Source of the DNA: a bacterium
Lineage (GTDB): Bacteria; UBP7; UBA6624; JBBIMK01
Direction: 5' to 3'
Assembly: GCA_037444445.1 (NCBI GenBank)
Contig: JBBIMK010000016.1
Coordinates: forward strand, 16,800-48,799
DNA: 32,000 nt
Below are positions 27,209 to 32,000 of the stretch, in pieces. Each line of letters begins with the position of its first letter. Positions within the stretch are counted from its first letter, which is position 1. The notes beneath the pieces were generated by a model. It did no database searches and had not been told where the DNA came from. It saw only the letters and a list, made by a program, of their open reading frames with translations. Both the position numbers and the translations under genes were made by a program.

Positions 27209-28925
27209 GACGCTGAATCGCGACGAAAAGGCTACTCTCTTCCTCCTCGGCGTTGTCCTGTTAATGCTGATACGGATTACTTATCTCCAGACTTTTCGCC
27301 ATGAAAGGTATGAAGGGATTCTGAAAGGGGTAGGGGTGCGATATGTAAAAATCCCCGCCAGCCGAGGGATGATTTCTGACCGCAACGGTGTGGTTTTGGC
27401 AAGTGATGAACCCTCCTTTCAACTCCTCTGGGTAGGACAGCGTCCCAGCAAGATATCTCCACAGATTTTGCATACCACTTCTTCCATCACTGGAATCTCT
27501 GAACAGCGGCTCCAGCAACTCCTGCAGGATGACTCTATTCCTCCTTATATGCCGATTGTTTTACAGCAGGATGTAAGCGTGGAGCGAGCCACACGCATCC
27601 TCTCCCGGCAGGAAGATGCTCCTTACTTGAAAGTGGAGGCCTTTCCCATTCGCCGCTATCACGAGGGAGAAAGTTTCGCCCATATTCTTGGATACCTCGG
27701 TGAGGTGAGTGCGGAAGAGTTAGAAAACCTGGAAGAAAAAGGCTATATTCCAGGTGATTGGCTCGGGAAGGCGGGAATAGAAAAATCTTATGAGGAGATT
27801 CTGCGAGGAAAGGTGGGGTATGTGAAAATGGAAGTTTCACCCGCTGGCTACCCGCGAAAGGTTCTTCAACAGGTGGAGCCAACAGCGGGTGAATCCCTCG
27901 TGCTCACGGTAGATGCACGGATTCAGAAAGCGGCAGCGCAAGCCCTTCAGGAGCGGGCGGGCGCTATCATCCTCGCCGATGTGCATTCCGGCGAAATCCT
28001 TGCCCTGGTCAGTTCCCCTTCTTACGACCCCAACACCTTCGTCCGGGATTCCTTGCTGGACCAGCGACTGAAATATCTTACCTCTCCCGGCAACCCTATG
28101 GTGAACCGGGGCATCGCAGCACTCTACCCGCCAGGGTCCACCTTCAAAATCGTTACCGCTACCGCAGCTCTCGCCGAAGGATTGGCAACCCCTCAGACCT
28201 CTTTTTATTGCCCGGGTTTTCTAAGAGTGGGAAATCGGAATTTTCACTGCTGGAAAGAAGGAGGGCACGGCACCCTTTCCCTGATTCCAGCCATTGGATT
28301 TTCCTGCGATGTCTATTTCTATCAACTGGGGCTCCGCGTGGGAGCAGACCGTCTCACTGCCTATGCGAAAAAAATGGGCTTCGGAGATGTCACGGGTGTG
28401 GAACTTTTTGGCGAAAAGAAGGGGTTGCTCCCCACCCCTGCCTGGAAAAAAGCCACCCTTAATCAGCCGTGGTTCCCAGGCGATACCGCCAACCTGGCTA
28501 TTGGCCAGGGATTCCTTCTGGTCACCCCCATCCAGATGTTACAGATGATGATGATTGTCGCAAATGGAGGAACATTGCCCCCTCTCCATCTGGTGAAAGC
28601 TCTGGGTGGGAAAGAGTTGGAATATAACACAAGGAAAGAGATTTTTCCCGATGCCCCCTGGCTGGAAACATTGAAGGCTGGCCTTCGCCACGCAGTGACT
28701 TCCGGCACAGCGAGGGCTGGATTTTTTTCTAATTTTGTGGTATATGGTAAAACGGGAACGGCAGAAAGTGTGGGAAAAAAACCTTATTCCTGGTTTGTGG
28801 CAGTCCTGGAAAAGGGGGAGCGGAAAGTGGCCGCTGTGGCTGTGGTGGAAGGTGGTGGGCATGGTGCAACCACCGCTGTCCCTCTCCTCCGCCAGGTCTT
28901 CCTTCAAATCCTGCCGTATCTCTAA
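27174..28925 (+). CDS. mrdA: penicillin-binding protein 2 (peptidoglycan D,D-transpeptidase MrdA)
   Basis: N-terminal anchor, dimerisation domain (RGMISDRNGVVLA), and transpeptidase motifs STFK, SCD (SxN-like) and KTGTAE. Confidence 0.93.
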   Translation: MRFMVWTVVRIRTLNRDEKATLFLLGVVLLMLIRITYLQTFRHERYEGILKGVGVRYVKIPASRGMISDRNGVVLASDEPSFQLLWVGQRPSKISPQILHTTSSITGISEQRLQQLLQDDSIPPYMPIVLQQDVSVERATRILSRQEDAPYLKVEAFPIRRYHEGESFAHILGYLGEVSAEELENLEEKGYIPGDWLGKAGIEKSYEEILRGKVGYVKMEVSPAGYPRKVLQQVEPTAGESLVLTVDARIQKAAAQALQERAGAIILADVHSGEILALVSSPSYDPNTFVRDSLLDQRLKYLTSPGNPMVNRGIAALYPPGSTFKIVTATAALAEGLATPQTSFYCPGFLRVGNRNFHCWKEGGHGTLSLIPAIGFSCDVYFYQLGLRVGADRLTAYAKKMGFGDVTGVELFGEKKGLLPTPAWKKATLNQPWFPGDTANLAIGQGFLLVTPIQMLQMMMIVANGGTLPPLHLVKALGGKELEYNTRKEIFPDAPWLETLKAGLRHAVTSGTARAGFFSNFVVYGKTGTAESVGKKPYSWFVAVLEKGERKVAAVAVVEGGGHGATTAVPLLRQVFLQILPYL

Positions 28926-28937
28926 AAGGAGGTTCCA

Positions 28938-29174
28938 ATGATTTTCAAGTGGGTCGTGATGTCTATACACATCGGGTCGGCGCTGGTGCTAATCATCGGC
29001 ACCGTCACCCATGTTTCGGAACGAGAGGGGCTCGCCGGAATTGTCGGTGGCTCTTCCGAACTCACCATCCGGGGCGGCAAAAGTTTCGAGGACATTATGA
29101 AACGATGGACTACCTATGCAGCCATCGCTTTCTTCGCCACCGCTTTCTTCCTTTCCCTCGTTATGAAACTCTGA
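28938..29174 (+). CDS. secG: preprotein translocase subunit SecG
   Basis: 78 aa with two TM helices flanking a Gly-rich loop (GLAGIVGGSSELTIRGG). AGGAGG lies 6 nt upstream of the ATG. Confidence 0.8.
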   Translation: MIFKWVVMSIHIGSALVLIIGTVTHVSEREGLAGIVGGSSELTIRGGKSFEDIMKRWTTYAAIAFFATAFFLSLVMKL

Positions 29175-29225
29175 TTTCCAACCCCACAAAAATCTATCTT
29201 GAAACTTTCCCGAAGTGGTGAAAAA

Positions 29226-29882
29226 ATGAAAATGCTCAGTGAGGTTGACCGAAAGCATCTCCAGGAAATCTTCCAGAAAAAACTGGTCAAACCGATAAAA
29301 ATTCTGAACTTCACTCAATCTGTGGAGTGCGCCTTTTGTGCGGATACCCATCAGTTGCTGGAGGAAATCTCCTCCCTTTCTGACTTCATTCATCTGGAAG
29401 TGTATAACTTTGTGCTGGACAGAGAACCAGTTTCCCGGTTCAAAATTGATAAAATTCCAGCTACGGTCATCCTCGGTGAAAACGACAGAGATTATGGAAT
29501 TCGCCTCTACGGCATTCCCTCCGGCTACGAGTTCACCACACTGATTGAGGACATCCAGATGATTTCACGGGGAGAAAGTGGACTATCCGCCTCTGCGAAG
29601 GAAAAAATCCACCAGGTGACCATACCCCTGCACATTCAGGTTTTCGTGACCCCTACCTGCCCGTATTGCCCCCGGATGGTTTTTATGGCGCATCAGTCTG
29701 CTCTGGAAAATGAACTGATTTCCGCCGATATGGTAGAAGTCGTGGAATTCCCCCATCTGGGACAGAAGTATAGCGTCCTGGGCGTGCCCAAAACCGTCAT
29801 CAACGATAAAGTCTCCTTTGAAGGTCTGGTGCCGGAAGAACAATTCTTCGCCTACCTGTTACAGGCTTCTGCTTCTTCCTGA
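29226..29882 (+). CDS. protein disulfide oxidoreductase (two-thioredoxin-fold, glutaredoxin-like PDO of thermophiles)
   Basis: Two thioredoxin-like units with CXXC sites CAFC (N-unit) and CPYC (C-unit; FVTPTCPYCP ... VLGVPKTVIN). The ATG at 29226 is preceded by GGTGA. The ORF track starts at TTG 29199. Confidence 0.8.
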   Translation: MKMLSEVDRKHLQEIFQKKLVKPIKILNFTQSVECAFCADTHQLLEEISSLSDFIHLEVYNFVLDREPVSRFKIDKIPATVILGENDRDYGIRLYGIPSGYEFTTLIEDIQMISRGESGLSASAKEKIHQVTIPLHIQVFVTPTCPYCPRMVFMAHQSALENELISADMVEVVEFPHLGQKYSVLGVPKTVINDKVSFEGLVPEEQFFAYLLQASASS

Positions 29883-29955
29883 CTTCAACTTTCATTCTCT
29901 GTGGTTCCTCCAAACCCCGGCCCTGCCCCCTGAACGCTGTGAAGTGGTAGGATTA

Positions 29956-30753
29956 ATGCTGGAAATGCCTGAAGCAATCCTGTGGCGGGAATCCGGAATC
30001 TCCCTTTCACACCAGATAACGGCGAATTCCCGACGCCTTCCGTCAGAACAATGGGAAGTTCTTCAGGATTTTCTCACTCATCAAGGTTTCCATGTTCAAC
30101 TCCGCGGTGATTTTTTCGGAGAATTACCCGACAAAACCTTGCAAAGTATTGCCAGAAGAATGGCTGAAATTCGTGTGCTATCACCAGATAAACAGACACT
30201 GAATCCCAGCCCTTTCCCGATGGAAATCGCTTATGAAAAACGGCAGATGATGGCAGAAGTGAAGAAGCCAGGACCGGTTTACAGCGGGCTTGATTTCCTT
30301 ACCATCCTCCGAGAGTTTATTCCTGCCAGCGAACGAAGCCTTCGGAACTTTTTCCACATCGTTTTTACGGTTAAAAGGCTTGCCACCTGGGGGGATGACC
30401 GGTGGCATCTGCGAACCATCCTTTTAAGTGTTCCAGTGGTCATTTCTCTCACCGGGCTTGTGGAAGCCCCTGCCCGAGACCGGGAGTATTATGTGTTGAA
30501 GCAAGCCGACCCGGCTCTCGGCGATCAGTGGCTGGAAGCAAACAAGAGCGAGTGGCTGGATTACGAGGATGAGCGAACCACCAGTGTGGTCAGGGGCTAC
30601 CTCTATCAGGCGATTTTCTGGTGGCGAAACCCATCAGAATTTGAATTCTGCGATAATCCCGAATGTGCTCTTTATAACTCTCACTGGCAAAAAGAAATGC
30701 TAAAGGCGCAGGGGCAAGCCCGCCTCTGCCCTGTTCATTCTTCTATGTTATAA
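29956..30753 (+). CDS. hypothetical protein with archaemetzincin-like C-terminal Cys signature but no HExxH
   Basis: The ATG at 29956 is preceded by an AGGA-containing stretch (GGTAGGA), giving 265 aa. The C-terminus ...VVRGYLYQAIFWWRNPSEFEFCDNPECALYNSHWQKEMLKAQGQARLCPVH shows CX4CxLx18CxxH. The archaemetzincin signature, as I recall it, is HExxHxxGx3Cx4CxMx17CxxC. The confidence value is for the CDS; the family link is a hypothesis. Confidence 0.6.
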   Translation: MLEMPEAILWRESGISLSHQITANSRRLPSEQWEVLQDFLTHQGFHVQLRGDFFGELPDKTLQSIARRMAEIRVLSPDKQTLNPSPFPMEIAYEKRQMMAEVKKPGPVYSGLDFLTILREFIPASERSLRNFFHIVFTVKRLATWGDDRWHLRTILLSVPVVISLTGLVEAPARDREYYVLKQADPALGDQWLEANKSEWLDYEDERTTSVVRGYLYQAIFWWRNPSEFEFCDNPECALYNSHWQKEMLKAQGQARLCPVHSSML

Positions 30754-30784
30754 AACAAACCCCCCCCTTTCAGAGCCGGCCAAC

Positions 30785-30809
30785 GCCCCCGATGTCATCA
30801 TATCGGGGC
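30785..30809. terminator. hairpin between convergent genes (possible bidirectional terminator)
   Basis: 7-bp stem CCCCGAT (30787-30793) / ATCGGGG (30802-30808) with an 8-nt loop, followed by a T-containing tract (cttatggatttatatt). It lies 33 nt after the stop at 30753. Confidence 0.3.
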
Positions 30810-30817
30810 TTATGGAT

Positions 30818-30949
30818 TTATATTGGGAAATCACACGACCGATGGCTAATTTTCCAGATATTCCCGCCTGAATCCCGCCCCCATAACTGCACCACATTTC
30901 CGTTGCCATCGCTGGTGATGTTGGTTACGCCCTGGGAGTCTATTTTCAT
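30818..30949 (-). CDS. candidate 43-aa ORF abutting the 264-aa gene (speculative)
   Basis: Encodes MKIDSQGVTNITSDGNGNVVQLWGRDSGGNIWKISHRSCDFPI. Its ATG overlaps the upstream TAA by 1 nt (TAATG, 30947-30951). No RBS, no signal peptide, and GC-normal unlike the upstream gene. Confidence 0.2.
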   Translation of the reverse strand: MKIDSQGVTNITSDGNGNVVQLWGRDSGGNIWKISHRSCDFPI

Positions 30950-31743
30950 TAAAGTTGGGTAGAAACATCCTTACGCACTGATCTGTGATTATGAAGTTTG
31001 GGTATAATCTTTTGATGCAACATGTTTTCAAGGATTTTACGATAGAAAGGAATCGAGATGGAGGAAAGTGCACTCTCCACTTCGCGGTAGATTCCAAGAT
31101 AGACATGCTGCAAAGAATCCTTACTATCATCAATTAAAGTTAGAAGGGTTGTAATTAATTCATCCGTTTTACTTACAGTGGCTAGTAACTCCTTTGTTTT
31201 CAAAGCAATTGTTTCGATATCACCAAAATTTTCAATTACGATACCACTACCGAAAAATTTATTTGTTTTTGAGGTCCACCGCTTAACATTATTTAGGACC
31301 TTCTTTCTCTTGGATAGTGCAAGCCGATTCCAATATTTTAATATGGAAGGGTTAGAAAAGTAGGGGATAAAGGTTAAATGGTTCATACTTGACAATTGAA
31401 TTTCTGTGGTCCACATTAATAATTTGAATGCTTTTCCTCCACTTTTGTTTTTGATTAAGATTTGTAAGAGCTTGTGAATAGTTTCAAGGTATACAAAACT
31501 GCTTTTTTTTAATTTTGAACGCAGTGCTCTTCTAAAACAAAATTCCGCTTCTTTGAACTTTTGAAGCTCGAAGAAAATCAAGCCACGTTCAAAATAATAG
31601 TCGCCTGGTGATAAAGTCAATCCTAATATGTTATAGTAATAAACTAAATCAAGCCATTTAAGAGCAAGTAAAGGTTCCTCCTCCTTTATATAATAAACTA
31701 TTTTTATAGGAATTAAGTTTTTACACCTGTCATTTTTCATCAT
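30949..31743 (-). CDS. hypothetical protein, TPR-like N-terminal region, compositionally foreign (AT-rich)
   Basis: 264-aa uninterrupted ORF in a very AT-rich stretch, which makes a chance ORF of this length unlikely. One clear TPR-like repeat (SPGDYYFERGLIFFELQKFKEAEFCFRRALR). The rest looks helical, with no catalytic motif recognised. Confidence 0.7.
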   Translation of the reverse strand: MMKNDRCKNLIPIKIVYYIKEEEPLLALKWLDLVYYYNILGLTLSPGDYYFERGLIFFELQKFKEAEFCFRRALRSKLKKSSFVYLETIHKLLQILIKNKSGGKAFKLLMWTTEIQLSSMNHLTFIPYFSNPSILKYWNRLALSKRKKVLNNVKRWTSKTNKFFGSGIVIENFGDIETIALKTKELLATVSKTDELITTLLTLIDDSKDSLQHVYLGIYREVESALSSISIPFYRKILENMLHQKIIPKLHNHRSVRKDVSTQL

Positions 31744-31896
31744 TTACAAAGTTTCATCGTAGCCCTCGGGGCCAACACCAGTGATAAGGCCATTTTCCAC
31801 CGTCATGCAAACATCTACGATAACACTCATCGCAATTTTTTGCATCCCAGACCTGCCATCCTTCAACCCAGCATCTTCTCGAATTTTTTTTCGCAT
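31744..31896 (-). CDS. candidate 50-aa ORF immediately upstream of the 264-aa gene
   Basis: Encodes MRKKIREDAGLKDGRSGMQKIAMSVIVDVCMTVENGLITGVGPEGYDETL. AGGAGG (31913-31908) lies 11 nt upstream of the ATG. Its TAA directly abuts the ATG of the 264-aa ORF (TAAATG). It competes with two other overlapping frames. Confidence 0.3.
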   Translation of the reverse strand: MRKKIREDAGLKDGRSGMQKIAMSVIVDVCMTVENGLITGVGPEGYDETL

Positions 31897-32000
31897 TCTT
31901 TATACTTCCTCCTTTTATACCTCTCTTGAACTTCACTCGTTAATTCGCATATAGCGGTTACTCCAGCGGCTACCATCACAAAAATCAATAGCCCGACAGC
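31863..32000 (-). CDS. candidate 3' end of a membrane-protein gene entering from the right edge
   Basis: The frame is open from the window edge: AVGLLIFVMVAAGVTAICELTSEVQERYKRRKYKECEKKFEKMLG*. This is a TM helix followed by a basic tail, with the stop at 31863-31865. It overlaps the 50-aa candidate by 34 nt. Confidence 0.3.
   Translation of the reverse strand, partial: AVGLLIFVMVAAGVTAICELTSEVQERYKRRKYKECEKKFEKMLG

Noticed and set aside
30846-31133. 95-aa minus-strand ORF overlapping the 3' end of the 264-aa gene
   Set aside because: It is an alternative frame of the longer ORF, with an unrecognisable Cys/Arg-rich translation.
30818-31743. RRNPP-type quorum-sensing pair (TPR receptor plus a short overlapping peptide gene, as in rap-phr or aimR-aimP)
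   Set aside because: The 43-aa downstream ORF has no hydrophobic signal sequence. It lies in GC-normal DNA outside the AT-rich block. The 264-aa protein shows only one clear TPR-like repeat and no HTH. The geometry is suggestive but the evidence is insufficient.
31754-31936. 60-aa Cys/Trp-rich ORF from the track
   Set aside because: It has a GTG start with no RBS. The only strong SD (AGGAGG) lies inside it and serves another frame. Its composition (W, C, R, K-rich) is typical of an off-frame read. It is kept only as one of three competing frames in the findings.

Overview
Gene-dense bacterial chromosomal window, mostly about 50-65% GC. The glutamate/lysine-rich proteins and a two-CXXC protein disulfide oxidoreductase suggest a thermophile, possibly an uncultivated lineage (low confidence). 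Most of the window is recognisable housekeeping. On the minus strand: a MacAB-like tripartite efflux operon with two FtsX-type permease paralogs, rarA, ligA, phnDCE, a DUF3048 protein, a pyrF/surE cluster, and prfB with its canonical programmed +1 frameshift. On the plus strand: a DipZ-like redoxin, queG, gmhA, a polyprenyl synthase, an AMMECR1 protein, then maf-radC-mreBCD-mrdA-secG and a protein disulfide oxidoreductase. I found no rRNA, tRNA, CRISPR array, transposase or integrase. Five accessory or unexplained parts stand out. (1) A translationally coupled cassette between ligA and rarA encodes a 183-aa protein with a DUF5678-like C-terminus and a retropepsin-like aspartic protease. (2) Two more retropepsin-like protease genes lie in the window: one frameshifted, one leading the surE/pyrF operon. 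(3) A decayed accessory islet at 12.5-15.1 kb holds an orphan DUF433 gene, an HNH-endonuclease remnant, a frameshifted membrane protein, the broken protease and a DUF4258/DUF2283 toxin-antitoxin-like pair. (4) At 29956-30753, a protein keeps an archaemetzincin-like CX4C...C Zn-ribbon signature but lacks HExxH. (5) A strongly AT-rich, compositionally foreign block at the right edge (30.95-32.0 kb) encodes an unrecognisable 264-aa TPR-like protein flanked by abutting micro-ORFs. All family assignments come from motif recognition by eye; no searches were run.
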